Origin: Octopus vulgaris
Lineage: Eukaryota
NCBI GenBank assembly: GCA_951406725.2
Contig: OX597828.1
Coordinates: 63,364,001 to 63,428,000, forward strand
Length of the DNA: 64,000 nucleotides
Direction: 5' to 3'
The notes below the pieces were generated by a model, which was given only the letters and a program-made list of their open reading frames with translations, made no database searches and had not been told where the DNA came from. Position numbers and translations under genes: made by a program. Position 1 is the stretch's first letter, and each line of letters opens with the position of its first letter. Shown here piece after piece: positions 28,261-43,815 of this stretch.

Positions 28261-28481
28261 ATGTGTGTGTGTATGTGTGTATGTATGTGTGTGTGTGTGT
28301 GTGTGTCTGTGTGTGTCTGTGTGTGTGTGTGTACAACAACTGTTTCTGTTGATGATTCAAGACAAATTTACGGCTTTTAGTCAAAAGTAGGTGGAGCTTT
28401 CCGCTCTTTAATTTGATGAAATTGTAGATTACGACAAGATTCTTCTTAACCTAACCAAGTTAATAATAATAACGATAATGA

Positions 28482-28525
<44 letters not shown>

Positions 28526-28680
28526 AAAGTAGCTAGTGTAATAATTTTAGTATCGTAAACAAATTAGTTTCAAATAACTTCATCACTAAAAAGCGGAAAT
28601 AAGTTCTTATGATATATTTACGTGTACATGTTCATATAAATATAACTATAAATATCAATACACACACACACACACACACG

Positions 28681-28722
<42 letters not shown>

Positions 28723-29198
28723 CACATATATATGTATCAATATATATATATAAATATGTATGTATATGTATATATATACATATAGTTATATACGTAGATG
28801 CATGTATATATATATATATATGTATATGCATACATACATAAATACATAAATGCACACACAATCACATACACACACACATGCACACACACGTACACATACA
28901 TATATATATATATATGTATGAGGGGAGCTTAAAATGAATTTAATTGGACGAGAAGAGTTTCTTTTTAATCAAAGCCTTGATCAATGAACATGACGAGGCA
29001 GTGAACATGATATGCTTGTACACACACCCACACACTCACACACACGCCACAACCATCCACCCCGACGCTCGCGCCTATTCACACATGTTTCAATGATTTA
29101 TAGATTTATTGTTTACCTGTTTTTTTTTTAAAGAAAACAAAATTTCAACTTTACTCTGAAAGCAAACAAAATGCCTTCACCGTGGGTTTCGTCAATTT

Positions 29199-29253
29199 AT
29201 AATCGACGTAACTAGTTTCGATTCTTGTTAAACCTTCATCAGAGAGAGATTAT
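29199..29253 (-). ncRNA. Hammerhead-like motif, canonical core, degenerate stem I
   Basis: Minus strand CTGATGA-A-GGTT-TAACAAG-AATC-GAAA-CTAG-TT, with palindromic stem III ACTAGT. Distal ATAATC/GATTAT pairing is present but proximal stem I is broken. Confidence 0.5.
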
Positions 29254-29684
29254 CTTCTATCTCTGTTGAGCTTATTGCGTCAACAAAGATTCGACTAAAC
29301 TAACAGACACACTCCAACCTCGGACCCACGGCTGTGCTGTCTCCTCTCTCTCCTACTGTTACTACAATGGTTTCTGCTATTCGGGGCTGGCTGGTCACGC
29401 ACCTCCTTCACTCAAGCAGCCTACGGCTCACTCACGTCTTCGAATCCTCAATTTACTCCTTGCATTAGTCATCATTCTCAATCCTTCTTCCCCAGATATT
29501 CATCCTCGTGGCATCTCATCTCAGTTCATGCTTTCCCTACAGATGTTGACCTGCAAAAACATTAATCGCATCAATCTCTCCGAGTTTGGAAGAATTGCAA
29601 GAGTCACGCGCTCAGTGATTTCCTCCACGACTCAACGAGCAAAACAAAGTCTAACTTGTGGCTTCCATATGTGTGCGTTATACC

Positions 29685-29992
<308 letters not shown>

Positions 29993-30499
29993 TACATACA
30001 TATATACTTACATATATGTATGTACATACTTATGTGCACATACATTTATGTACTTATATACATATACAAAATTACGCACACTCACACACTCACACACATG
30101 TATTCATATGTATGTGTGTGGGGGTGTATGTGTGAGGCTGCGTGCGCACACGTGTGGTTTTATAGTTTACCTCTTTAATGGTGAAGGAAGTTATAAAAAT
30201 GTCTAACAACCTGAAATATTGGCGTCCTTTTCTTTACACTCCGATGCCATTTATTAACATACCCCGGGTAATATACTTAGCAGCGTTCCATCTGCTCTTA
30301 TATTCCAGGTTCAAATTCCGTCGAACCCACTTTGGCTTTCATCCTTTCGGGATCGATAAATTAAATACCATAATCGACTAATCCCCTCATTCCAAATTTC
30401 AAGCCTTGTGCCTCTAGTAGAAAGGATTATTATTATTATTGTTGTATTTCGGGACGGTCATTTTTTTTGCCAACTAAGAACACGCACTGTATATTCGTA

Positions 30500-30920
30500 T
30501 ACTCTTTACTCTTTTACTCTTTTACTTGTTTCAGTCATTTGACTGTGGCCATGCTGGAGCACCGCCTTTAGTCGAGCAAATCGACCCCAGGATTTATTCT
30601 TTGAAAGCCGAGTACTTATTCTTTCGGTCTCTTTTGCCGAACCGCTAAGTTACGGGGACACAAACATACCAGCATCGGTTGTCAAGCGATGCTGGGGGGG
30701 GGGACAAACACAGTCACACAAACTTATACACATACATATATATATACACATATATACGACAGGCTTCTTTCAGTTTCCATCTACCAAATCCACTCACAAG
30801 GCTCTGGTCGGCCCGAGGTTATAGTAGAAGACACTTGCCTAAGGTGCCACGCAGTGGGACTGAACCCGGAACCATGTGGTTGGTAAGTAAGCTACTTACC
30901 ACACAGCCACTCCTACGCCT
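30500..30920 (-). mobile_element. SINE family A, full-length copy
   Basis: Reverse complement runs from aggcgtaggagtggctgtgtggtaag through gggttcagtcccactgcgtggcacctt to the tail gactgaaacaagtaaaagagtaaaagagt. Confidence 0.9.
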
Positions 30921-31038
<118 letters not shown>

Positions 31039-31318
31039 CAAAATCTGTTACTCTGAGTTTCTCGTTGCCGTTCATCATATCCTTATATATATATACATAT
31101 ATATAAGGATATATATTTATTTATACACACACACTCACATATCTATATACGAATGAGAGAGGGAGGTAGGCTGATGAAATGGTGGGAGAGAGAGAGAGAA
31201 ACTGAATATCTGGGTGTTAATTGTATTTCAGAATCAATCTGGATCTGCTTACAATACGAGGCCGAGGTGACGAAGAGAAATATAATTTGCAAAGACAATC
31301 TTTCACTTTATATAAGCG

Positions 31319-31502
<184 letters not shown>

Positions 31503-31525
31503 ACAACCAATCTATATCCTTATAT

Positions 31526-31564
<39 letters not shown>

Positions 31565-31858
31565 GACGTGCATGCATACATCTTTCTTTCTCTCTCTATA
31601 TGTATGCATATTAAATATATTTATATATATACAATCATATATATACATATATACACCTATATGTATTTATACGCATACAGGATACATAAACACACATGAT
31701 CTGTGTGCCATTATATATTCAGCATATGTGCATACATTTACACACACATATATCAAATCGTATTTATCTCTCTTATACATGGATTCAATTAATTTTAATT
31801 AACTCACCAGAGTAATCATAATTTACTTATCCGCTAACACCACTGTGTGTGTGCGTAA

Positions 31859-31923
<65 letters not shown>

Positions 31924-31973
31924 TATATATATATATATATATATATGCACATATATATATGCACATATATATG

Positions 31974-32013
<40 letters not shown>

Positions 32014-32886
32014 TATGTGTATATATACATATATATATATATGATATGTATGTATATATATATATGTATGTATGAAGAAGTAGAAAGGAAATACACACAC
32101 ATAAATATAGACACAATTATGCGGATAAACAAATTAAATATATTAAATATAACAGCTTGGGTATGAAATACAAAATATATTTATATGGATACATGCAAAA
32201 CAAGAAAAAACAAAGAGTGAAGACCTTCAGACAATGAATATTTCATTGTAAGCATAGACATTTATATGAACAGGTCCAACTTACACAGAGTACAAGCGAT
32301 AGAGAAATTGAAAAGGGAGGAAGTAAGGTGTGCTATGCGTCCAACAGCTGTTTGTGGGAGCTCGGAGCCATCATAATATTTGTAGATGGAGTCCATTACA
32401 ATATGCAGGCCATAACGGAAGCAATCAACATTGGATAAATCGATTTGAATAAGTCGAGCGTCCGTCATCTTACATTTGAGATCATAATGCAGAAAAGTTC
32501 TGGTTTTGGACTGTGACCATGCTGGGGCACCGCCCTGAAGGCTTTCGCTGGACTGATTAACTCTATATCAGTACTCGCTTCTGCCGAACCGCTAAGATTT
32601 GAGGAAGTAAACGAACCAGCACCTATTGTCAAACACACACACACACACTCTCTCACATACACATACACACGCACAGACGATGAGTTTCCTCCTCCATAGT
32701 TTTCATCTACCAAATTCACTCCCAAGTAATTGACATTTGCCGAAGCTGTCGTGCAGTGGGACTGAACCCGAAACCATGGGACTACAAAGCGAACAGTCGC
32801 TTGTGTTGTCTGCATACGTAACCAATATTCACATCACCACGCGCGTTCACACATACATATATACTTACACACTCACATCTACTATC

Positions 32887-33009
<123 letters not shown>

Positions 33010-33172
33010 ATAAAATGATGTAGTGCGAAGCAATTGTACCAAATTACCGGAGTCATTCTTCTTGCTTATTTTGATTGTAATCACCTCACAAATTTTTATG
33101 GATAACACCATACAAAATTCTGGTGCATCTAAATTAAGTACCATATTCATTCGAATCTAAATTTTTGCTGAA

Positions 33173-33234
<62 letters not shown>

Positions 33235-33432
33235 TCTTTTGAAAATAGGATAAAAATCTTTATAAGAATTTATCAAGTAGTCAGCGTGAAAAACCTCATA
33301 AGAGAAAAAATCTACAAATTTTTTCACTTAAATATATTTATTCATATTACATAGAGGGATTACTACACATAAATGCCACACACTAGGAGGGACTCAACTC
33401 TCGAAGCAAGTCATTTAAAAACAGAATTTAGC

Positions 33433-33490
33433 TGCAGATCACTGTGATTTCATAATCAGTGCAGTGGTGCACTGTTTACTCATTAGTGCA
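33433..33490 (-). ncRNA. Hammerhead ribozyme motif with G5A lesion, inside an inverted-repeat element (33344-33625)
   Basis: Minus strand TGCA-CTAATGA-GTAA-A-CAGTGCA-CCAC-TGCACTG-A-TTAT-GAAA-TCAC-A-GTGA-TC-TGCA: all three stems form, triplet AUC, core CUAAUGA instead of CUGAUGA. Confidence 0.65.
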
Positions 33491-33644
33491 TGCATAATCC
33501 AATATTTATAATGAGTGAATAAAAACAACATACCAGACGAACAACCATGTATTTTAGTAGTTTTGACTTCAAGAGTCCTTCCTAGCGTGTGGCATTTATG
33601 TGTAGTAATGCCCTCTATATAATATATATGTATGTATGTATGTC

Positions 33645-34786
33645 TATGCGAACCTGTTCGTTGGCTATGTTGAGGCCCAAATATTCTCTAATTTCACTGG
33701 TCCCACTCCTGAACTATATGGTCGTTACATTGACGACATTATCGGTGCCACTCCTCACTCTCCCGCGAACATCTAGATTCCTTCCTCTCTTTCGTCCAAT
33801 CTTTCCATCCAGCCCTCCACTTCACTTCCACTATCTCCAACACCTCTGTCTCCTTCCTCGACATTTCGGTTAGCATTCTTCACTCCACTCTTACCACCTC
33901 CATTCACTACAAACACACAGACTCACACTCATACCTCAACTTCTCTTCCTCCCACCCAGAACACACCAAGCTTTCCATCCCCTATTCCCAATTCCTCCGT
34001 CTACGTAGGCTCTGTAGTGACGACCATGACTTTGAGACTCAGTCTCAACGTATGGCTCACCACTTCACCCTACGTGGATACCCCCTCACCACTATCCACA
34101 CCGCCCTTGCCAGAGCACGGTCCGTGGACCGTGTATCTGCTCTCTCTCCCCGAACCCGCCCTGTAGTCTCCCGCCTCCCTTTTCCCCTCACTTACCACCC
34201 CACGACCCTACGTCTCCAACGCACCATTCTTCGAGCTTTCCGTCATCTCCAGTCCGACCCGTCCACTTCACACCTCTTCCCTAACCGACCCCTCCCCTCT
34301 TTCAAACGAGCCCACAACCTTCGAGACCTTTTGGTCCATAGCTCCTTCCCTGACCCTACCTCCCAACCCGGCTCGTTCCCCTGCTCCCGCCCACGTTGCC
34401 GCACTTGCCCTTACCTCTCCAACACCACCCGCCTCACTAGCACCCACCATCGACCCTATCCCATCATCCACTCCTTCACCTGCACCTCCAGCAATATTAT
34501 CTATTGCATCTCTTGCTCTCTCTGCAATTCCTTGTACATCGGACAAACGGGACGCCGCTTGGCTGACCGGTTCGCGGAACACCTTCGTGACATCCACCTT
34601 GCGAACGACACACCGGTCTCACGCCATTTCCGCTCCACCGGTCACTCCTTGCAACACCTATCTGTGTTCGGTTTGTCCTTACACAGAGGCCATCCGGATT
34701 CCCGTTTGCGCCGTGAAGAGGAATTAATCTTCTCTCTTCGCTCTTATACGCCATTTGGTCTCAACTCTCCCCCACTCCTCATCTAA
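33645..34786 (+). pseudogene. Penelope-like element polyprotein 3' part: reverse transcriptase, Cys-rich linker and GIY-YIG endonuclease
   Basis: YANLFVGYVE...YGRYIDDIIG (YIDD at 33726-33737), a frameshift near 33752, then SVSFLDI...HYKHTDSHSYLNFSSSHP...SIPYSQFLRLRRLCS...PCSRPRCRTC...NIIYCISC..C..LYIGQTGRRLADRFAEH...PFGLN. 5'-truncated. Confidence 0.93.
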
Positions 34787-35585
34787 CCCCCCTCCCCCTC
34801 CTCACCTATCCTTTCCCCCCGACCCCTACTTCTTCAGTCCTTCATCCTTTCACCCCTACTTCCCTTCCCTTCTTCCCTCTTTCTCCCTCCCTCTTCCCCT
34901 TCCCTCTGCTCCCTCACTCCCTCTCTCCCCCTCTCCCTCTTTCCTCCTTCATCCCCCTCCTCCCCCATCCTCTCCTCTTCCCCCTCTCCTCTTCCCCTCC
35001 CCTTCTCCCCCTCTTCTCCCCCTCTTCTCCCCCTCCCCCTCTTCTCCTCACTACACCACATGACTTTACACATCACATCACATATGATGTGCCATACTAA
35101 TACACACACCAACTAATACATACTAATACGTACTAATACATACTAGTACATACTAATACATACACCAACCCTATACATACACATGTCCAGACCCCGCATA
35201 CGCACTTATACTCTCTCATACACACACACACACACATATACATACCAATACGTACTAATACATACTAATACATACTAATACATACACCAACCCCATACAT
35301 ACGCACGTCCAGACCAATCCTACGCACTAATACTCTCTCATACACACACACACACACACACACACCCTTATACATACTAATACATACACACATCCAGACC
35401 CCTCCTACGCACTATTAGCTGGTCCCTCAACCCTTTTATCAACCCTATTATCTCCCCTTATTTCGCTCTCGCGTCTCATGTTTGATCTTTGACCTCTGGC
35501 CGAAATCAGATCGCCATGTTGATTCGTTAGCTACTGCACGCATTTTTTTTCTCTCCTTCTTTCTGTGTTTTTCTCTCTCTGTATA

Positions 35586-35624
35586 TCTTTCTGTTGAAGA
35601 GCGTAGGCTCGAAACGTTAAAGAC
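35586..35624 (+). ncRNA. PLE-type minimal hammerhead-like motif (A6U variant)
   Basis: TCTTT-CTGTTGA-A-GAGC-GTAG-GCTC-GAAA-CG-TT-AAAGA: stem I TCTTT/AAAGA, stem II GAGC/GCTC, palindromic stem III. Confidence 0.6.
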
Positions 35625-36306
35625 TTGTTTTATTTATATTTCCTGAGCGCCATACTAATACAATTGTTCGTTTGTTTTCCACATGCCTCCGTCTTTTGTT
35701 TATTTTCATAAAGCTTCCCGTTATATATATATATATATGCACATACGCTCATTTAGCTTATTGTTCTGTTAAGATAAGATTAATAGAAAAATCATTCCTT
35801 CCAGTGAGAAATAAATATCATTTAATGTACACAATGTTTAAAATAAGAGCTATTAATAGTTTCTTGCTGTGAAGACATGGGTCTAGGCAGGTTTTTATAA
35901 AGACGCCTTGTGTCTCCAAGATTGCGTCCCAGGAGGAATCAGTGTGACGGAGAGTGACTAGATTTGAGCTTTGGATTACAAGTCCAGTCAATCGAACGAA
36001 CTTCCGGACAGTTTCCCGCTCTCCAATCCTATTCGCTCTGCTCGTCATCGATCGAGGACTGTGATAAAAGGCATATTGCCACGCACGGGAATCGAATCCG
36101 TAATCTCATGATCATGGAACAGAGACACAAACACTCGGGCGTATTCTACAACGAATCAGCACATACCTATCTGTCCATTTTTAAAAGGCCTCAAATATAA
36201 ACAAAAAAGAAAAACCCTCCACATATATAGAAACGGTCACATAGACACACAGGCACACAATATCTGCATATACAAAAATATATACATATATGCATATATA
36301 TTTAAA

Positions 36307-36371
<65 letters not shown>

Positions 36372-36619
36372 ATGTATGAATGCCTTGCAAACACAATATA
36401 TAAAGCATAAACTACAAATAATGGATACACAAATAGGGGAGAGACAGGATAATAAGTTAAAGTGAGAAGATTGAGCGAACGACATTAATGTTGGAAGGGG
36501 CGTTTAACAGGTGGTGGGCCGGGTGAGAAAGGCGGAAAGGGCTCTTATAAACTTCTATACGCAGCTGTTCAATAAAAGTGACGCATATATGTATACATAT
36601 GTGTGCGTGTGCAAGTATG

Positions 36620-36657
<38 letters not shown>

Positions 36658-36678
36658 AACACCCACGTTATTTGTATG

Positions 36679-36728
<50 letters not shown>

Positions 36729-37037
36729 TAGCATTTAGTGTGTATATAGACAAATACCTAAGCACGCATGCATAAGCACACATAGATCCCTTCTTCACTA
36801 CTTGACAATTTTCGTAATATGTCGCATACACTTAAAACCTGATGAGTGTGTGTGTGCGTATGCGCGTGAGCGTATGTGTCGATATATATATATATATACA
36901 CACACACACAAACATATATACATATATTCATACTTATATATGTATATATACATACACAAATATATATATATATATATATATATACACAATGCATACACAT
37001 GTACATATGCATATACATACATACATACATACATACA

Positions 37038-37073
<36 letters not shown>

Positions 37074-37393
37074 TACACACACACTCAGGGACAAAAGATT
37101 TCTTCTCGGCCTTCCACTACACGAAATATTCACTAACAAGGCATTGGCCAACCCAAGGGTGTTGCTGTTCCAAAAGTACCTCCTGGCTCTAAATCGAAAT
37201 TCTTAACCAGCCATCCAGCCAACACATTCAGTACGACATATTTTCATGTAAATTCTTCCTCAAGAAATATACTCGGAACCACACACACACACACACACAA
37301 GCACACACACAACCCCTATATATATATATAGACATACAGACACACTCAAACAACAAAAGGAATGACATTCACGAAATATTCACACTGCGCAAC

Positions 37394-37768
<375 letters not shown>

Positions 37769-37950
37769 GGGACTTCCACTTCCCTCTTCCGACTTTGCGC
37801 TCGACGATTCTGATTTTTTTTCTTCTTTTTCTTCAACAAAGAAATTCAAACAACACAAAGAAAAACCGACATCAAACACGACGAAAGGCAGACAAAGGAC
37901 TGTGTGTGTTTCTGTGTGTGTGTATGTGTGTGTATGTGTGTGTGTATGTG

Positions 37951-37985
<35 letters not shown>

Positions 37986-38185
37986 ACGGATATATGTTTA
38001 TGTATTTCCTATGCATTGACGACAAACTTGGTTGACTCAGTAGTTTTTCTTTTAGGATGTTTATAAATGATTTATGATGTACGTGACATAAATGTATACC
38101 GTTCCCTCCATTAATTATACATACATAACAACTATATGTATGTACACACCCCACCCATATACGTATATATATATATGTGTGTGTG

Positions 38186-38264
<79 letters not shown>

Positions 38265-38306
38265 GTATATGTATATATATATACATATATGAATATATAT
38301 GTATAC

Positions 38307-38343
<37 letters not shown>

Positions 38344-38564
38344 GTATACAGGTACACACAGAAACACATGCATATGTACGCATACCCACAGACATATTTC
38401 TAACAACGTCCATACACATGTATATATGTATGTAGATATAAGGTAATAATATAAACATTTTTGCTGACAAATGCAGGTATACACATATCTATCTATCGAC
38501 ACTATATGTGTAAATATATTTATATGTGTATATATATGTATATGTAGATATGTATATGTATATG

Positions 38565-38629
<65 letters not shown>

Positions 38630-38745
38630 TTTTGTATACCTACACATACATTTATGCAAACACACATGACGAAACGCATGAAAATGGAAGACAAACAAGT
38701 GAGGAGGATGGGTCGAATCCTTTAAACACAGAGAGAGAGAGGGGG

Positions 38746-38790
<45 letters not shown>

Positions 38791-38902
38791 CGATATGTAC
38801 GTACTTACAAGCATTATGAACACATACTTTCACTTACACACACTGACACAGAATTATACACACATATAAATACCTATATATAATACACTCATATATGTAT
38901 GT

Positions 38903-38954
<52 letters not shown>

Positions 38955-39125
38955 TCTTGATGTTATTGCTGTTGTTCCTTGTCGATCTGTTTTTTTACTG
39001 AAAAAGTTCTTTTCTGCTCTTTATACAACTCCCATTCTCTCTGTCTCTTTCGTTTTCTGTTTCTTGTACAATTTCTCTTTTGCGCTGTCTCTTTGAACAA
39101 GGCTCCAAATTTTGAAGAGAGAGAG

Positions 39126-39169
<44 letters not shown>

Positions 39170-39177
39170 AGAGAGGC

Positions 39178-39215
<38 letters not shown>

Positions 39216-39408
39216 TAAATCGTATGTATGAGTGAACGATAAAATGTGCGTGTGTGTGTCTGTATGTGTGTTGGTGCTAGTTGTGTTCTACAGAGATTTA
39301 TATTGATTTTAATCGAGTTAAATTTAATGAGTGTGGAGGCAGGAATAGATTAGTTGATTATGCTGCATTGTACTTCATTTGGTCGACCGCAGGGAAAGTT
39401 AAAAAATG

Positions 39409-39453
<45 letters not shown>

Positions 39454-39578
39454 ACACCATCACCACCACCATCACCAAAAACACAAACACCATACATCTA
39501 TACCTACATACGTACACAGATACATACACATACACGTACATATGTGTGTGCGTGTATATATATATATATATCATATAT

Positions 39579-39664
<86 letters not shown>

Positions 39665-39987
39665 GCATACGCCACGTAGCTCTGCTGCTAATTTATCACC
39701 TGTGTCTAGCCCAGCGTGAAATCTCACCCATCCTATATATAAGAATTGTAGGTATTAATTTTGATGATTTTAATATTTAGTCCTATAAGTACCTATCGTG
39801 GATAATGTCGTTGAAAGATGATTGAGTTGCTTGAGGGTGATTCTGTCTCTTAAACCTATCTATTTATATACGTATATAATACAGTGAGTAATTCATTTTA
39901 GTACCACTAAATTAAACTTCCCTCCCCTGTGGACTCGGAAATAACTTCCGTAATATGAATATTAATATATATATATGTGTGAATATA

Positions 39988-40090
<103 letters not shown>

Positions 40091-40092
40091 AA

Positions 40093-41374
40093 GAGCAGAG
40101 AGGACGGACGTTTTTGAAAAATTCGCAAAGTCATTAATTTTAGCTGCAAACAAATTTTATTGACATCAATGTGTTCATATTGAATTAGCATTTGTCAAAA
40201 TCAAGTTTGGAAAACAACATCCATCATGTGATGTCCATTCTCATTGATGCATTTCTGAAGGCATTCTTGGAAGTTGGCCTCAACTCTCTCCAGCATTGCT
40301 CCGTCGATTTGGGCGACTTCCATGCGAATAGCTTCCTTCAAATCGTCCAATGTACGAGGCTTGTGTGCATTCACACATGCCTTGAGGTTTCCCCACAAGA
40401 AATAATCACACATGGACAAATTAGGGGACCTGGAAGAGAGGACGAAGAACATCAGTGATGCTCTGGCTGTGTGGGCCGTCGCCCCATCCTGCTGTTATGT
40501 CGAATAGGCATACGTTTTCGTCGTAATTCAGGCACAAAGAAGTTGTTTATCATCTCGATGTAACGCTTAGAGTTCACAGTAACATCATTTCCATTATTGT
40601 CTTCAAACAAGTAAGGACCAATGATGGCAGCTTTGCCAACAGCACACCAGGCCATCACTTTTAGGTTGTGCAGTGGTCCTTCGTGCAGTTTTCTCGTACT
40701 TTCAAGAGCCCAATAACGACAGTTCTGTTGACTCACCATGCCATTGGGATGAAAATGAGCTTCATCACTCATTAACAAAATGAAGTTGTCATTTGCCTCA
40801 GAAATTGTTTCCATCTGACGTGCGAAGTTAAGCCGCTGTGCATAGTCCCTTGGTTTCAACTGTTACCCAATGACCAATTTTTACAGGTGGAAACGCAGGT
40901 CTTCATGCAAAATACACCTTATTGATTGATTACTGATGCCAAGTTTAATAGAATGCCTCCGAGCAGAGTGATTCAGACTCCATATCAAAGCTTGTCTGAT
41001 GTGTTGCACATTTTCCGGGGTCCGTACCATTCGTGGAGCCCCCCACCAGTCTCCAAATTCATTAGTGTAGCCTGTATACGAAGTGTATTCACCCAACGTA
41101 AGATTGTGTTATGGGTGGGAACAGCCTGATTTCAGTGAATGCTGAAGTGGCGCCGAAACTCACGCTGAACTGCTGAGACAGACTCGTTACTCTTCATGTG
41201 ACTGTTGTAGGCAAACAATCGACGCTCTATCGTCCACAGCGCCATGGCTTCACCCGAAAAGAAAAAAAAAGTGCTAAGACACCCCGGACCGAATGGTACC
41301 TGTCGGACATATGTCCCGCCTTATCGGGTTGAGTAATAGCCATTTCAAAAACATCCGTTCTCTCTGCTCCACCC

Positions 41375-41376
<2 letters not shown>
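40093..41376 (-). mobile_element. Tc1/mariner transposon relic, rosa/DD41D-like motifs
   Basis: TIRs (cagggtg)gagcagagagaacggatgtttttgaaa and gagcagagaggacggacgtttttgaaa. Transposase motifs MSDEAHFH.NG.V..QNCRYW, IIGPYLFE, QQDGATAHTA, SPNLSMCDYFLWG.LK. An internal deletion prevents measuring the D-D spacing. Confidence 0.88.
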
Positions 41377-41412
<36 letters not shown>

Positions 41413-41415
<3 letters not shown>

Positions 41416-42000
41416 CAAAAAATACGAAGTACGAGGACATGAAATAAGGGCTTTTTTTGCAAGCAACGAAAGAAACAAATGGAAAACAAGAGAAGCAACA
41501 CAAGGAACGACCCTTCATCAGTTGTTGACTGTTTTTCTAATCTGTATTTCGAGCAATTCACGACAAGATACGCCTTCGATAAAATAGTTGCTACCGCAAA
41601 GCAAATTAAATACAATTTGGGATTTTGCGGTGGGTCAAAATTAGTGACAAAAACAGGACAGTGAAAACAAACAGGAAGGGTTGCTAAGCCTAAACGAGGT
41701 TGTGGTGGCGAACGCGAAGAAACAAGCTTGGACAGGAGAAGATGTATTCTTGTCTGTCTCCTGTTGAACATTAAATTCAAAGGTTACTCAATATATTTGG
41801 TTGGGAATGGTTGGCAGTGATTCCCAAGTTTCCACTGATTTTCCTCTCATCATCAGACTGTGCTTGTTTTTCTTTCTTCTAACAGTTTATATAGTTATTT
41901 TTGATGTGAGTTGTGCGTTCGTTTGGTTGTTGGAGTTATGCACATGACAATAAGGAGTGTGGATTAAGATTTTTGGGAGACAGGATAAGCAACAGCGTAA
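41413..42000 (-). mobile_element. Probable PLE 3' UTR/pseudo-LTR fragment
   Basis: Ends at (TA)n and contains degenerate hammerhead-like strings, e.g. CAGT-CTGATGA...GAAA...ATC-ACTG at 41816-41860. Confidence 0.4.
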
Positions 42001-42455
42001 GATGAGGTCAGAGGCAAGGTATGATTATAAAATTTGTGTAGAAAGGAAGGGATATATATTTGTGTGTGTGTATGTGTGCATTTATATGTAAGTATATATA
42101 TGTAATAGATATTTGTAATTTATAAATAGTTACTGTGTGAATGTATAATACACAAACACACACACACAAAGACACACACACACGCACACACATATGCGCA
42201 TTTTCCTTATTGGAACGGGTTTCATAGTTTTTGTTCATTTGTACGCTTTCACCCTTGTGTTTAAGTGATAACTTGCGGTCATTTTGAAAGCTCGGTAGCA
42301 TGCTGGTATTACTTGCTAGTAACCTTAATTATTAATTGATAATTCATACCGTTATAGGTTTTTGTTATGCGTGCTAACCACTGATATTATTATAATATCC
42401 CCATACACATTTTCATATATACAGATATATACACACACACATATATATGCACATA

Positions 42456-42534
<79 letters not shown>

Positions 42535-42771
42535 ATGTATGTATATATATATATAAGCACATTTACATATATATCGATACACACACACACATACACAAAC
42601 AAACGTATACATATGTGTAGATGTGTGTTATTTGGTTATACGTGATTATGCATTCGTGGAAGTGAGCGAGTCGAACAGACGATAAAATAGAGGCTATTGA
42701 CATCACTGAACGACCGCCATCTTGTATTGTTGTTGTGGTTGTTGTTGTTGTTGTTGTTATTCTTGTTGTTG

Positions 42772-42841
<70 letters not shown>

Positions 42842-43121
42842 CATGTTTTTGTTTTCAAGCAGGCATCGTCCATTATGATGCCATGGTTTACAAATATTTT
42901 ACGCTGTTGATCACGTTTGATGTCTTTTTCCTGAATTGCATTCTTATATACATACATGCATACATACATACATACACACACACACATACACACACACATA
43001 CATGCATACACACACACACACATATATATATATGTACGTATGTATGTATATGTGTGTGTGTATGTATATAACATGCATTTATGAACGAATGTACATATGT
43101 ACATGTATATACTCACACGCA

Positions 43122-43175
<54 letters not shown>

Positions 43176-43264
43176 CATGTACATATTAAATATCTATGGT
43201 AGCAAGAATAAAAAAAGTGAATGAAATTAAAAGCACCGAAATAGTGATAAAGATGAAAAGAAGC

Positions 43265-43499
43265 TATCTTCTTCTTCTTCTTCTTCTTCTTCTTCTTCTT
43301 CTTCTTCTTCTTCTTCTTCTACTTCTTCTGTTTCTTCCCATTATTATTATTATTGTTATTGTTGTTGTTGTTATTATTATTATAATCATCATTATTATTA
43401 TTGTTATTATTATTATTGTTGTTATTATTGTTGTTGTTATTATTATTATCATTATTATTATTGTTGTTATTATTATCATCATCATTATTATTATTGTTG

Positions 43500-43537
<38 letters not shown>

Positions 43538-43815
43538 GTTGTTGTTGTTGTTGTTGTTGTTGTTATTATTATTATTATCATCATTATTATTATTATTATT
43601 ATTGTTATTATTATCATTAATTATTATTATTATTATTATTATTATTGTTGTTGTTATTATTATCATCATCATCATCATCATTATTATTATGGTGTTAATG
43701 GCATTAGTAGTAGTAGTATTAATACTAGACGTGTGGTTGTGGTGGCAGTAGTAAATGTAGAAGTAGTAGCAAAGGTAAAGGTAGTGGTGGTGGTGGTGGT
43801 GGTGGTGGTAGTAGT
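43265..43815. repeat. Compound trinucleotide block (CTT)n-(ATT/GTT/ATC)n-(GTA/GTG)n
   Basis: Directly visible; source of the poly-Leu/Ile/Val/Asn ORFs. Confidence 0.95.

Larger units (their letters stand above)
33645..35722 (+). mobile_element. Penelope-like retroelement (Neptune-like architecture), 5'-truncated, with C-rich and catactaata-repeat 3' UTR
   Basis: ORF as above, pyrimidine-rich UTR, tandem repeats at 35095-35410, hammerhead-like motif at 35591, ending at (TA)n. Confidence 0.88.

Noticed and set aside
41495-41525. Hammerhead at CTGATGAAGGG (minus strand)
   Set aside because: No downstream GAAA or stem III.
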